Of a DNA stretch of 64,000 bases, positions 1 to 10,310 are shown in pieces (position 1 is the stretch's first letter; the number at the start of each line of letters is the position of its first letter). This DNA is from a candidate division FCPU426 bacterium. Its GTDB lineage: Bacteria; Oederibacteriota; PGYV01; Palsa-1178. The position numbers and the translations under genes are program-made. The notes under the pieces were generated by a model. The model made no database searches and was not told the DNA's origin. It was given only the letters and a program-made list of their open reading frames with translations. The stretch covers positions 896,001-960,000 of the forward strand of contig CAWIXE010000002.1 of the NCBI GenBank assembly GCA_963840035.1, given 5' to 3'.

Positions 1-2307
1 CCCTGTCGGAAATTCAGTGGGCGTATCCGCGGCTGTGGCTGTCTTCGTAGCCGTTGCCGTGGAAGTGCGCGTGGATGTCGGGGTATCAGCGGGCGTTTGC
101 GTGGCTGTGGGCGGCGGGGTCAGCGTCCGCGTTATCGTCGGCGTATGAGTGGCTGTGGGAGGCGTGCCTGTTTCCGTGAGCGTTATGGTGGGCGACGCGG
201 TATGCGAGAGGGTTGCTGTGCGTGTTTGTGTGGCCGTCTTAGAACTCTGCACTGAGCTTGTCGAAGTAAACGTTGGTATGATAGTGTACGTGCCGGTCAC
301 GGTTAAAGTCGGGCTGTTATAAGGCGTATTAGTGCGCGTCGCGCTCCATGTGGCCGTCTGCATGGCCGTGTATGTATTTGTGGGCGTGTTTGCCGGGGTA
401 TTTGTATATGAAGCCATCGCCGTATTAGTCCTCGTGGCAGTCCCGGTCGCTGTCCGCGTCGCGGTCGATGTCGCGGTCGACGTGGCGGTCCTGGTGGCCG
501 TCATAGTTTTTGAAGGAGTAAAAGTCAGGGTGGTTGCCGGCGTGTTTGTGGATGTCATCGCGGGCGGCATGCAACCTATGGCTGCTATGGTTTTCTGCGC
601 GGCGGGCGCGTTAATGAGCACTACATCGTCCACCCACAGGTCATATGTATAAGGCGCGCCTGTCTGACCCTGCGTCTGCCACTGTATGGCGTTTACTGCC
701 GAGAGGGCCATGGTCCGCGTAACCGTGGTATCGCCCCATCCCTCCTGGGAGAATAAAACACTCGCGAAATCCACAGTCACTTTTGTCCATGCCGTGGTGG
801 CGGAAAATACATAGCCGTACATATCTTCGTCTTCCTTGCCTCCGAAAGCCGCCGGCGAATTAATCTTGAGCCTGAAAGACATGGGTATGGCGCTCTTACA
901 CCAGAAGCTTAAGCCTGTGGCAGTGCTTATGTTAACCGGGGCCTGGGGTTCTTTCAGCGGGAAGCCCAGCCCGGCAAAACCGTATAAAAAAGTGGTCGTT
1001 ACCACGCCGGATATGTGAGCCGCGTAATCAGTACCGCCGCCGCGGCCCGGGCTCTGCATGTAAAAAGGCATAATTGGCTGGCCGGTATCTTCAAAGCGGT
1101 CCCTTGACCACGGCACTATGAGTGAAGTGCCTTTGGGATTCTTGACGCAGTCCTTGTCAGTGCAGTCATTGCTGTCGTCGTATGTATACCAGTCAGTGCA
1201 GATACTGCTCATGTAGTTGCCGTCGGTCATATTGTCCAGGAACATGTTTGCCGGCCCTACTGTCTCGGTCGGAGCAGGCACGTTTGGCGTGTTTGTGACT
1301 GTCGCGATAGTACATGCCCCGAAGTTATCAGGGGGATTGTTTATCTTGCCCACCACATAACTCCCTGTCGGCTTATAGCTGTTCCAAGTACCCGCGTCGC
1401 ACGAGCCCGGGTTAAGCATGCCGGATGTTTCCGGTGCCTCGGACCATGACCACGCGCACCAGCTGATTTTATTTGTGGCCATTATGCTTATGAACTGGTC
1501 TGCACGTGTATAATTAGTGCCTCCGGCGCCGCTGGCCTCTGTGGGCGCCCACTCAGTGACAAATATCGGGAGCTGCCCCACGAAGTTTGTAAGCATGCTT
1601 GTATCGTGGGTGGCGGCGTAAAAGTGGAAGGTGTACATAATGTTGGAAAATGACAGTTTGTTGCTTACCACTTCCGAACCCAGCTGTGACCAGTTCGGGG
1701 TGCCCACTATGATGACCGCGTCAGGGTCTATGGCGCGGATTCTCGGTATTATGTCATTGGCATATGTCCTGACCTGGGTCCAGGAAACGCCGTTGGGTTC
1801 ATTGCATATTTCATAAATTACATTTCTCCTGTCCTTATGCGCTGTGGCCATGGATTCCCAGAAGGTCCTCGCGTAAATAATATTAGTATTAGGGTCGCCG
1901 TCGGTCAGGTTATGCCAGTCTATAAGCGCGTATATGCCCTTTTGCTCGCACATAGCGACGACGCTATTTACCTGTGCGGTAAAGCCGCTGGGATTTGACG
2001 TGTAGCCGTTTTGAGTGGAGTAGCAGGCGATCCTGAATATGTCTATGCCGACAGTATTGATCAGATAATCTAACCCGGTGTTTGTGATACAGCAGTAATC
2101 CATGCAGGGCTGCGGAGACCCAGTCCCATACCACTGCAAGCCGTGGCTGGATACACCACGGAGCTGAATCGCGGTGCCGCATTCGTTTACAAGGTTATTG
2201 CCCACAACGCGAAGCTGGCCATTGCTTGATAAAGGAGACGCAGAGGTAAATGAATATAGGAGGATAAAAAGGAATAAGTAAGCCAATGTTTGGGTCTTAA
2301 ACTTCAC
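1..2307 (-). CDS. Secreted GH5 cellulase/endoglucanase + CBM11/CIA30-like domain + long Thr/Pro-rich stalk (3' end runs off the window)
   Basis: Absent from the ORF track because it has no stop in the window. Translated by hand from GTG at 2307: signal peptide, [21 protein letters not shown] (acid/base Glu), [21 protein letters not shown] (nucleophile), then WYTYDD...GLSFW...WVDDV, then TATxT repeats. Confidence 0.88.
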   Translation of the reverse strand, partial: MKFKTQTLAYLFLFILLYSFTSASPLSSNGQLRVVGNNLVNECGTAIQLRGVSSHGLQWYGTGSPQPCMDYCCITNTGLDYLINTVGIDIFRIACYSTQNGYTSNPSGFTAQVNSVVAMCEQKGIYALIDWHNLTDGDPNTNIIYARTFWESMATAHKDRRNVIYEICNEPNGVSWTQVRTYANDIIPRIRAIDPDAVIIVGTPNWSQLGSEVVSNKLSFSNIMYTFHFYAATHDTSMLTNFVGQLPIFVTEWAPTEASGAGGTNYTRADQFISIMATNKISWCAWSWSEAPETSGMLNPGSCDAGTWNSYKPTGSYVVGKINNPPDNFGACTIATVTNTPNVPAPTETVGPANMFLDNMTDGNYMSSICTDWYTYDDSNDCTDKDCVKNPKGTSLIVPWSRDRFEDTGQPIMPFYMQSPGRGGGTDYAAHISGVVTTTFLYGFAGLGFPLKEPQAPVNISTATGLSFWCKSAIPMSFRLKINSPAAFGGKEDEDMYGYVFSATTAWTKVTVDFASVLFSQEGWGDTTVTRTMALSAVNAIQWQTQGQTGAPYTYDLWVDDVVLINAPAAQKTIAAIGCMPPAMTSTNTPATTLTFTPSKTMTATRTATSTATSTATRTATGTATRTNTAMASYTNTPANTPTNTYTAMQTATWSATRTNTPYNSPTLTVTGTYTIIPTFTSTSSVQSSKTATQTRTATLSHTASPTITLTETGTPPTATHTPTITRTLTPPPTATQTPADTPTSTRTSTATATKTATAADTPTEFPTG

Positions 2308-2400
2308 TGAGCAGATTTTTTTGATAATCTCACCATTTTTTTGTCAGTTTTTTTAAGCGTTTAAACTGATGCTCAAAAAAAAACTTTTCCCGTCCAAGTT

Positions 2401-2429
2401 ATTATAATCCCTAACCCCGGCACTGTCAA
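2401..2429 (-). promoter_or_regulatory. sigma70-type promoter for the GH5 gene
   Basis: Minus strand TTGACA-17 nt-TATAAT, perfect consensus, about 95 bp upstream of the start. Confidence 0.7.
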
Positions 2430-2516
2430 TAACTAAAACAGAACACGATTTCCCATATCAAAACCGGGTAGCGAAACTTAACACCACCAAAGGTCAAATC
2501 CCCAAACAGGCGTTCC

Positions 2517-2655
2517 GTAGAGACGGGACCCGTGCCCGTCTCAAGGCAGGACATCCCTGAGACGCCCACAGGTGGCGTCTCTACAGAATTATTTCTTTTT
2601 TGTCCTCGTAGGGGCGATTCAGTTTCTCATGAGCTTGTCGAATGACGAATCGCCC
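2517..2655. repeat. GTAG-type REP hairpin cluster
   Basis: GTAGAGACGGGACCCGTGCCCGTCTC, GAGACGCCC..GGCGTCTCTAC and GTAGGGGCGATTCA..CGAATCGCCC hairpins; the same motifs recur at about 5.0, 7.5 and 11.8-12.7 kb. Confidence 0.8.
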
Positions 2656-2726
2656 AAACCCCGGCAATTCAAATAATAATTGGGACCAGCTATTAACCAG
2701 ATGTCAGTACTATTTTCATGACCTTA

Positions 2727-3293
2727 TTAAATTTTACAATAAAACAGCCCCACAAACCCGGACCTAAAAACTTTTGTCCCGGCCAGCTGCAGATTTACAG
2801 GTTTCCCCTGAGTTCCAAATACAGGCAACCCCGACCCCAGCAGTATAGGGTTTACAAAAAGTTTGTACTCATCTATCAGCCCCGCCGCGGTCAGAGTCCT
2901 GGCTGATTCCGCGCTGGCGAGCATCAGTATGTCCTTCCCGGGTTTGTTCTTAAGTTCCCTGATCTGCCCCGCAACATCGCCCCCCACAAACCTGGTAAGC
3001 GCATCCCCGCCTGCCTTCATGGTATTTGAAATCACAACCTTCTCCACCGAGTTATACCATGCCGAGTGCTGCCTGTCATGTTTAGAAGCCTTAGGAGCTT
3101 TCCCCGCGTCGGGCCAGTAAGCCTGCATGATCTCATAAGTCTTCCTGCCGTATAAGGCAGTATCCGAGCGTGAGGTCATTTTAGCCACATAATCAAACAT
3201 CTCCGGATCCACCTTTACCCAGCTGATATCCCTGTCAGCTGTCGCCGAGAACATATCCAGTGAAACATGGATAAATAATATTATTTTTCTCAT
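2727..3293 (-). CDS. Dihydrofolate reductase/RibD C-terminal family protein
   Basis: MRKIILFIHVSLD, LYGRKTYE, GLIDEY.LFVNPILLGSG motifs. Confidence 0.88.
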   Translation of the reverse strand: MRKIILFIHVSLDMFSATADRDISWVKVDPEMFDYVAKMTSRSDTALYGRKTYEIMQAYWPDAGKAPKASKHDRQHSAWYNSVEKVVISNTMKAGGDALTRFVGGDVAGQIRELKNKPGKDILMLASAESARTLTAAGLIDEYKLFVNPILLGSGLPVFGTQGKPVNLQLAGTKVFRSGFVGLFYCKI

Positions 3294-3705
3294 TTTGCCC
3301 CCCTTTATTATTCACGCATAACAAGCATATCAAAAATCCCGTGAAAAAGCAAAAACGTAAACCAGGGTTGCAGTGTCGATTCGCCGTACTGAGCCTGTCG
3401 AAGGACGAATCGCCCGCCTTCCCCTAAGAGCCTTTATAAAAATACTCCCCGGCACCAATGAGCGTATATTGCTCTAGTAATAAGCCGCAAATTCAAATAT
3501 GAATAACAGAGTTATGAATACAATGTCCTTGCTAATCATCGTCAGCTCCTGAGCTGTATATATTTGTTCCGATAAAGGATACGGATCCGTTTGCGTCCTA
3601 AGTTTCGTTTTTCACCCCGGCCCCATTCCCGCCAAAATCAAACACTCTTTGAGCTTTGAGCCCATTGAGCGTTTGAGCTTCCCCATTACCCACCACTTCC
3701 CGTTC

Positions 3706-4890
3706 CTACAACAAGTCCTCCGGTTTTAACTTCAGAAAATCCTCTATAGGGATTCCGCCCGTACCGGCCAGGTATTTCTTTGCCTTTCCAAACTCATTTG
3801 TAAAAGCCTGCATACCGTCCGCGCCCTGTTTTTTGATGCCGCTTTTTACTTCTATAGCTGCCAGTTTTCCGCCGCCGGAAAGAACAAAATCAACTTCCCT
3901 GCCGCCGGATGCCCAGTAAAAAAGCTCCACACCTGTGCCTTTGACAGCGTTTGCCAGATGCGCGCCCACGCATGATTCTACGGATCTGCCGCGGACTTCA
4001 GGGTCAGCGCTTGCGGTTTTAAGGTCAAGCCCTGATTGCGCAGACAAAAGCCCGTTATTTAATACCTGGAATTTAGGGCTTGATCCCCTCTGTCTGACTT
4101 TCTGGCCGGCGTATTTCTGCAAACCCGTGAGCATACCCGCCCCGGAAAGCAGGTCCAGATAATGCGCGAGCGTGGTTGTATTACCGGCGTCCTGCAGCTG
4201 TCCGAGTATCTTCTGGTATGAAAGTACCTGTCCGGAATATAAGCAGCCAAGCTGAAACAGCCTTCTGAGCAATGCCGGCTTATCCACGCGTGTCATCTGT
4301 AAAATATCACGGGAAATAGCCGGTTCAATTATAGAACCGGTTATGTATTCAGCCCACCTTCGCTGGTCCTTTATCAGCGCGGCCCCGCCGGGATAACCGC
4401 CAAAATATATGAATTCATCAGGGCTGAATCCGAAGGCTTTGGACATTTCCGCGTATGACCAGTGTGTAATATGCACTGTTTCAAAACGGCCTGCCAGGCT
4501 TTCCCCAAGGCCTTTATTTATCAGTATGGGCGAAGACCCAAGCAGCATGAGGTATATTTTTCTGCCGGCAGATGTGTCCTCGTCCCAGAGCCTTTTTACA
4601 GTCTCAGACCAGCCGGGTATTTTCTGTATTTCATCAATAACAAGCAGCGCTTTTCCGGCGCTTTTTGGCGCTTTAAGCCGGGCCGTCTCCCATTGCTGCT
4701 CAATCCAAGAGCGGCTTTTTAAATCAGGCTCATCCGCCACCGAGTACTGAGTTTCCATTTTTAAAGCCCCAAGTACCTGCTTGGCCAGAGTGGTTTTCCC
4801 CACCTGCCGCGGCCCGTATAATGCCTGTATAAACCGCCTTGGCTCCTCAAACCTTTTTACAATAAGTGAAAAATTCGCTCTTTTGAACAT
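3706..4890 (-). CDS. AAA_14 ATPase with C-terminal DUF4143 (PD-(D/E)xK-like) domain
   Basis: Walker A GPRQVGKT, Walker B VIDEIQ, ESLAGR, GGYP, C-terminal EVDFV...AIEVKSG; GGAGG RBS before ATG 4890. Confidence 0.88.
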   Translation of the reverse strand: MFKRANFSLIVKRFEEPRRFIQALYGPRQVGKTTLAKQVLGALKMETQYSVADEPDLKSRSWIEQQWETARLKAPKSAGKALLVIDEIQKIPGWSETVKRLWDEDTSAGRKIYLMLLGSSPILINKGLGESLAGRFETVHITHWSYAEMSKAFGFSPDEFIYFGGYPGGAALIKDQRRWAEYITGSIIEPAISRDILQMTRVDKPALLRRLFQLGCLYSGQVLSYQKILGQLQDAGNTTTLAHYLDLLSGAGMLTGLQKYAGQKVRQRGSSPKFQVLNNGLLSAQSGLDLKTASADPEVRGRSVESCVGAHLANAVKGTGVELFYWASGGREVDFVLSGGGKLAAIEVKSGIKKQGADGMQAFTNEFGKAKKYLAGTGGIPIEDFLKLKPEDLL

Positions 4891-4904
4891 AACCGCCTCC
4901 ATCT

Positions 4905-4952
4905 TTACTCAACGTCATGAGTAATTTTACTCAATACATTGAGTAAAGTCAA
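4905..4952 (-). promoter_or_regulatory. Promoter overlapped by two tandem TTACTCA-N6-TGAGTAA palindromic operators
   Basis: TTGACT (4947-4952)-17 nt-TAAAAT (4924-4929) on minus; palindromes at 4905-4924 and 4926-4947. Confidence 0.7.
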
Positions 4953-5005
4953 GCCAATTCACAGGGTGTTCCGGGACGCACAGTTTTGAATTTATATTAA
5001 ACACC

Positions 5006-5137
5006 GTAGAGACGGGACCCGTGCCCGTCTCAAGGCAGGTAGTTGTATTTTATTAGTTTGCCTTCGTAGGGGCGATTCACGAATCGCCCAAACCGATGCA
5101 CCCCGTAGAGACGGGACCCGTGCCCGTCTCAAGGCAG
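5006..5137. repeat. GTAG-type REP hairpin cluster
   Basis: Two GTAGAGACGGGACCCGTGCCCGTCTCAAGGCAGG copies flank GTAGGGGCGATTCACGAATCGCCC. Confidence 0.8.
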
Positions 5138-5138
5138 G

Positions 5139-5876
5139 CTACGGTTTTCTCAAAATATAAAAAACATAATCATAATACTCTGAGTACTTTTCGTATATAT
5201 CAAACTCATCCTTCGTATCCTGTATCAGCTGTAACGCGTCCCCATTCCTGTATTTCTTCGAAAACTCTTCGAGATTTTTTTTAAGAGGCCCATAAAAATC
5301 CACCCACCCCTGCCTGCCAAGCTGAAAATCCGCAACAACCTCATACCCCTGCCGTACAGCAGCCTCTCTATTCGACCCGGCAGTCCCCATGCCGCCGTAA
5401 GCGTTATTCCAGTAACGCACAAGTTCCGCCGGCAGGTCCGGCTTTATGAATACCGCATCAGAAACCACAAGATATCCCCCGCTCTTCAAATATTTTTTCC
5501 ACTCTTTCAGCCCGTTCTCAAACCCCATTATGTATATAGCCCCTTCGCTCCATATGGCGTCAAACTTAACATCCGGTAAATCCAGAGTATTCATATCCCC
5601 CCTGAGAGTCTTCAGCCGCCCCTTAAAACCGGCCGCGGTGGAGGTTTGATACAGGGTATCAAGAAAACCCTGGAACACATCAAGGGCCGTTATAGAAGCG
5701 CTAGTATTTTTCAAAAGCACCATAGTCTGCGCCCCGGTGCCGCAGCCTATGTCGAGAATCTTGCCGTTTGAGGGGATTTTTATATATGACAGGGCTTTCA
5801 GCGTAGCCGCATCAGTCCCCGGCCCCTGCCTGTTAGTGCCTTTAAAAAGTATCTGTATGTAGTCCATGTAATTCAT
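5139..5876 (-). CDS. Class I SAM-dependent methyltransferase
   Basis: RQGPG, ILDIGCGTG, FDAIWSEGAIY, LKSGGYLVVSD. Confidence 0.9.
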   Translation of the reverse strand: MNYMDYIQILFKGTNRQGPGTDAATLKALSYIKIPSNGKILDIGCGTGAQTMVLLKNTSASITALDVFQGFLDTLYQTSTAAGFKGRLKTLRGDMNTLDLPDVKFDAIWSEGAIYIMGFENGLKEWKKYLKSGGYLVVSDAVFIKPDLPAELVRYWNNAYGGMGTAGSNREAAVRQGYEVVADFQLGRQGWVDFYGPLKKNLEEFSKKYRNGDALQLIQDTKDEFDIYEKYSEYYDYVFYILRKP

Positions 5877-5902
5877 AAGTTTCCTTTCAGCCGATATGGC
5901 GC

Positions 5903-7000
5903 TTATTTCCGGTATTTCATCAACCCTTTTACAGCGGCCTTTACCGCGTTTATCGCGTCTTCCGCGTCCTTCTTTTTTATTCCTGTCATTTCAGCCGCCT
6001 GCATCATGTGTTTTCCCTCCGGCAGACCCTGGCCTAAAAGCGTTGTAGTGTGCTGCCCGTTAAAACCGGAGCTGTATGTCAGGTCATACGCCGGTGAAAA
6101 CGACCACTTTCCATTGTCGTAAATGAATGAAAAATTCTTGGCATGGTCATCCCTGTTATGCGAGAAGATATTAAACACCATGAGGCGGAATACTTTCACC
6201 ACTTCCCTCATGTCCCCGGTTAATTTCATGGTTGCTTTCATGAGGCCGGTATAGTCGAGCGACGGCGCCCTGAAGTCGGCGTTTAAAAGGCCGGCTGCCG
6301 TGTGCGTGTGCAGTTTCTTCCTTCCGCGCCTGTCAAAGCGCTTTATGGCAAAATACTTCTTTTCCAGCAGCTTTGTCTCCGGCATTATTATTCCGCATTT
6401 TTTTGCGGCCTGCGAGTACTCATACTCCATCACGCCGGAATCAGCCTTATCAGATGAATTCGGAAATTTCACTATCCATGGCTCGCCTTTTATCTGTATC
6501 ATGGCTTTAGGCCTTGCCCCTCCTGAAGACCCGCCTTTTTTCGCGAGTGTCTCCAGGTGCCCCGTGTAGTTTTCATTTAAAACCTTTTTTACCTCTTTAG
6601 CCAGCTCATTTACGCCGGCCCTGACGCTTCCTTTAAAAAAATCATTTTGCGGCCTGTATTCCAGCGCGCCCATGCCGTTTTTGCCCACTATGCTTAAGCG
6701 TTCCACGAGGGAGACTCCCGCGGGGTCTATCCTGTTTTTTAACAGCAGCCTGTCTATTAAGAGCCTTCCCCAGCCGTCCGGCAGGCTGTCGTTAAATATA
6801 CCGAACATACCTGAGTAAGGCTGCGCCGCGGCGGTAAAAACCCCGGCCTGTAGAGGCAGGTGAAACGGGGATATGGAAAAACCCGTTTCAAGAAATGACG
6901 GGTCATATTCAAATACATACGCGTCCGCCCCGGCCGCTCCAAGCCTGCCGGCTTTTTTTCCGTATATGTAAACATCCAGCACCCTTGTTTTTTTAATCAT
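5903..7000 (-). CDS. hipA: HipA-family Ser/Thr kinase toxin
   Basis: DSLPDGWG, SSGGARPK, IKRFDR, NRDDHAKNFS, SPAYD. Confidence 0.92.
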   Translation of the reverse strand: MIKKTRVLDVYIYGKKAGRLGAAGADAYVFEYDPSFLETGFSISPFHLPLQAGVFTAAAQPYSGMFGIFNDSLPDGWGRLLIDRLLLKNRIDPAGVSLVERLSIVGKNGMGALEYRPQNDFFKGSVRAGVNELAKEVKKVLNENYTGHLETLAKKGGSSGGARPKAMIQIKGEPWIVKFPNSSDKADSGVMEYEYSQAAKKCGIIMPETKLLEKKYFAIKRFDRRGRKKLHTHTAAGLLNADFRAPSLDYTGLMKATMKLTGDMREVVKVFRLMVFNIFSHNRDDHAKNFSFIYDNGKWSFSPAYDLTYSSGFNGQHTTTLLGQGLPEGKHMMQAAEMTGIKKKDAEDAINAVKAAVKGLMKYRK

Positions 7001-7331
7001 TTATACGCCCTCTTTTTCTTTTTTTTGGGTTTTTCTGGCTGACGGCTTCGTCAAAAGAGGCATAGTTTCTGGATGTAAAAAGCAGGTTAAAGCCGTCTGT
7101 GGATTTCAGGGCCATAGCGAGCATAATGATATGTTTTAATGATATCTCCCCCGAGCTTTCAAACCGTTTTAAAGTCCCCATGCTGACCCCGGAGCGGGAA
7201 GCAAGCGCCGCCTGCGTTAAGTTAAGCTCCAGCCGACGCATCCGAACCCGGGAAGCAATCCCCCTGCTTAAATCCGAAGGGCTGAAGTCCGTAAAATCCA
7301 TATTAGTGGATAACATATTATCTTTTATCAT
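6993..7331 (-). CDS. XRE/HipB-type HTH antitoxin
   Basis: LTQAALASRSGVSMGTLKRFESSG HTH; overlaps the hipA start; GAGGTG RBS. Confidence 0.85.
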   Translation of the reverse strand: MIKDNMLSTNMDFTDFSPSDLSRGIASRVRMRRLELNLTQAALASRSGVSMGTLKRFESSGEISLKHIIMLAMALKSTDGFNLLFTSRNYASFDEAVSQKNPKKRKRGRIND

Positions 7332-7351
7332 ATATTTCACCTCGTACAGAT

Positions 7352-7380
7352 ATTATAATAGCCATTATATGGATTGTCAA
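7352..7380 (-). promoter_or_regulatory. sigma70 promoter of the hipBA-like operon
   Basis: Perfect TTGACA-17 nt-TATAAT on minus. Confidence 0.75.
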
Positions 7381-7429
7381 GGCGAATATTTGTATTCTGT
7401 ATTCAGGTAAGGTACATTACTTTACTATA

Positions 7430-7762
7430 TTCACGAATCGCCCAACCTATGGCATTCTGTAGAGACGGGACCCGTGCCCGTCTCGCCTTAAACACCGAGA
7501 CGCCCGCGAGGGGCGTCTCTACAGGTTTGTTTGTGTCGTTGTATGGGCGATTCACGAATCGCCAATACCAATAATTTTCGTAGAGACGGGGCTCGTCCCC
7601 GTCTCGCCTTAAACACCGAGACGCCCGCGAGGGGCGTCTCTACAGGTTTGTTTTATTCTTGCCTTCGTAGGGGCGATTCAGTTTCTCATGAGCCTGTCGA
7701 ATGACGAAACGCCCAAACCGTGGCATTCCGTAGAGACGGGACCCGTGCCCGTCTCAAGGCAG
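7430..7762. repeat. REP cluster containing about two units of the 121-bp repeat
   Basis: Same GTAGAGACG/CGTCTCTAC and GGGCGATTCA-GAATCGCC hairpins as 11798-12750. Confidence 0.82.
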
Positions 7763-7877
7763 CATCTTTAGTTCTAAAATAATAACCACGTTCGTACAGC
7801 ACACCACAATTGTTAATTATTAATTGTTAATTGCCCTTCCAGTTGGATTCATGATTCCGGTCCTGACACCTGTATTT

Positions 7878-8576
7878 CTACGGGAGGCTGTAATATATCG
7901 TGAGTTTCGGCCTTTGCGACGGGACCGCGTAGATGGCTGTGTACATATTCGCGTATGCTCCGCTGGCCTCATCCACAGCCTTCAGGATCAGCCCGTAGTT
8001 TGCCGCTGGCGATGATATCCAGGAACCCACCAGTGACGGGTTTAAGGCAAAGGTCAGTGTGGTAGAGTTGGCTGTTTTTGAGTCCATGGCAGCGCCAAAA
8101 TCCCCTCCAGGGGCAGCCCAAAGCAGCGAGTTCGCGTAGTTCATCCAGTTGGTCTGATTGCTTATCCATGGGGCTGTTACGGGATAAACAGTTATAGTAT
8201 TATCCATGGCGCCGCTTAACGTTATGGTAAGGTACGCTTTGTGTACAATCACGCCCGTAGGGACCACGGCCGAAGACAGGTCAAATTTAATCAGAGAGCG
8301 GTATTTATATCCGCCCGCGCTGCCGAGGGTGACATTATCATTTGTGTAGTATATGGTGTATTCGTATAAGCCCGATATGATGTTGTTGACCGTTGTCCCC
8401 GCATAAGCGTTTGAGGGATACATGCCATCCTGGAAGTTCATGGTGACATAGCCGGCATCGCCCAGAGGCCCCGCAGGCCCTGCCGCGCCCTTGCATGATG
8501 TCAGAACCACCGCGATAAAAAGGAAAACCGGGAGCAGAACCGCTGTTACAAATCTTTTGTTTTTCAAGTTTTTCAT
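7878..8576 (-). CDS. Lipoprotein with DNRLRE-like domain
   Basis: Lipobox LTSC, YRSLIKFDLS, W..PGGDF, NYGLILK, RPKLTIYY. Confidence 0.7.
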   Translation of the reverse strand: MKNLKNKRFVTAVLLPVFLFIAVVLTSCKGAAGPAGPLGDAGYVTMNFQDGMYPSNAYAGTTVNNIISGLYEYTIYYTNDNVTLGSAGGYKYRSLIKFDLSSAVVPTGVIVHKAYLTITLSGAMDNTITVYPVTAPWISNQTNWMNYANSLLWAAPGGDFGAAMDSKTANSTTLTFALNPSLVGSWISSPAANYGLILKAVDEASGAYANMYTAIYAVPSQRPKLTIYYSLP

Positions 8577-9192
8577 AAAACATCTCCTTTTCAATCAGAT
8601 TTTAATTCCATACGCAGCCATGAAGTTCGGGTACTTAAGTTATCTCCCTATTTCAGTTTTTTTATATCCTTTTTCGGCGGCAGCGCAGTTTTAAAGAGTT
8701 GCCGCGGCGCTGCTGTCAGTCGCGGCCGGAGTTTTGAACATGGTCCCCGAATAAATCCAAAACTGAAAGAACAGATGCCGGTAAAAATAACTTTTCAATC
8801 TGCCGCCTTCTTATATAATATATACACTATTAATTGTATAAAAAATAGACATGAAACAAAAGTACGGATTTCCACTATTTATGGACATATTTCAGCGGGT
8901 ATATATGTGTTTTCGCGGAAGTTTTGAAAAAGCGCGTATACTGATGACCACGCCTTCACACAGCATGCGTTTTATCAGCCTTTAAAACTCTTATACTAAC
9001 GGCAATGAAAATTGGCGTAAGAACCCGATTCATAAACTAAATACTATTGTATAAAAACCATAATCGTTAGATTCATGATTTCGGTTCTGACACCTTTCAC
9101 ATTTTTAAAGTTTTAACCAAATTTCAACCCGAAAACTCAAATACCCCCTTGAGCGTTTGAGCCTCTTGAACCTTGAGCCAAATCCCCCATAA

Positions 9193-10137
9193 CTACCGTC
9201 CCTCCACCCACCCAAAAACTTCCCTGTCCCAGGTCTTTTCATCGTCCTTCATATACGACAGGTGCCCGGCGTCCGGGAAGACCACCATCTTTTTCTCTCC
9301 TGCCAGGTTCTCATATATCTTTTCCCCCTGGCTGACAGATACCCTCTTGTCTTTTCCGCCCTGTAAAAGAAGCGTAGGTATTCTTATATCCTTTGCGTAC
9401 TGCCATGGGTTGTAGTTAAAAGCATTATATCCTTCTATGACACTGCCCCAGAAGACCAGTATTTCGGCAAAGGGCCATGACGGGGCTTTGAGGAGGTCAA
9501 ATCTGCGCCTGACAGTGTCCAAAAGCCCGGCAAATGGACTCTCTATGATTAGACATGATGGTTTAATCCCATAAGCGCTTATAGCCCGCATAGAAGCCGC
9601 GCTGCCCATGGATACCGCGTATATGATTATATTCTTGTACCCGAGCTCTACAGCTTTATCATAAGCCGCCTTCACATCTACAGCCTCATGATACCCCACC
9701 CCGGTGCTATTTCCCCCGGACCCGCCGCTGCCGTAAAAATCAACCAGCATGACCCCGTATCCGCGTGAAAGAAACTTCACAGCCTCGGGTATGAGCTGTG
9801 TTTTACTTTCAGTGTAGCCGTGAAAAAGAAGCAATATCGTATCCTTCTTACTGCCGTTAGCCAGCCAGCATTCCAAAGGTATGCCTTTAAAACCAGGAAA
9901 ATTTAAGACTTCGTATTTAAAAGAGGGTTTTATGGATTTGGATTCAGGTTTGGGGACTGTGACTCCGGTGAAAAGTGCGGTTGCTTTCTGGGTAAATGAA
10001 AGCTGCTCGGGTTTTAAGGGCTTGGGGCCTGATGAGGTGAAGTGGGTCATTTTGTAGGCGTGCATGAAGGCAATTAGGTTTAGAAGGATAAATAGAGTTA
10101 AAAGGGTTATGAGTATTCGTTTAATAGGTTTTTTCAC
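9193..10137 (-). CDS. Membrane-anchored alpha/beta hydrolase
   Basis: FHGY, nucleophile elbow AVSMG, GGKD, DAGH; GGAG RBS before GTG 10137. Confidence 0.85.
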   Translation of the reverse strand: MKKPIKRILITLLTLFILLNLIAFMHAYKMTHFTSSGPKPLKPEQLSFTQKATALFTGVTVPKPESKSIKPSFKYEVLNFPGFKGIPLECWLANGSKKDTILLLFHGYTESKTQLIPEAVKFLSRGYGVMLVDFYGSGGSGGNSTGVGYHEAVDVKAAYDKAVELGYKNIIIYAVSMGSAASMRAISAYGIKPSCLIIESPFAGLLDTVRRRFDLLKAPSWPFAEILVFWGSVIEGYNAFNYNPWQYAKDIRIPTLLLQGGKDKRVSVSQGEKIYENLAGEKKMVVFPDAGHLSYMKDDEKTWDREVFGWVEGR

Positions 10138-10310
10138 ACAGTCTCCAATTCTATTTATTTCCAATCTCAACTTTCCAGCGAAGCGCGTTATTACCCCATT
10201 CATCCCGAGCCTGTCGAAGGATATGCGCCCGGCTTGTCAGGTATTAAGTCAAGACCTGACCCCAATAATAATTAATTAATTTAATTTCATCCTTCCTTTT
10301 AATATTTGTG

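Noticed and set aside
332..652. Val/Ala-rich plus-strand ORF (similar ones at 35700, 48360, 51477, 53347, 53878)
   Set aside because: Antisense shadows of Thr-rich stalks on the opposite strand
8600..9060. Possible riboswitch in the long leader of the DNRLRE lipoprotein gene
   Set aside because: Some GC-rich pairing, but no recognisable riboswitch consensus by eye; needs an Infernal/Rfam scan
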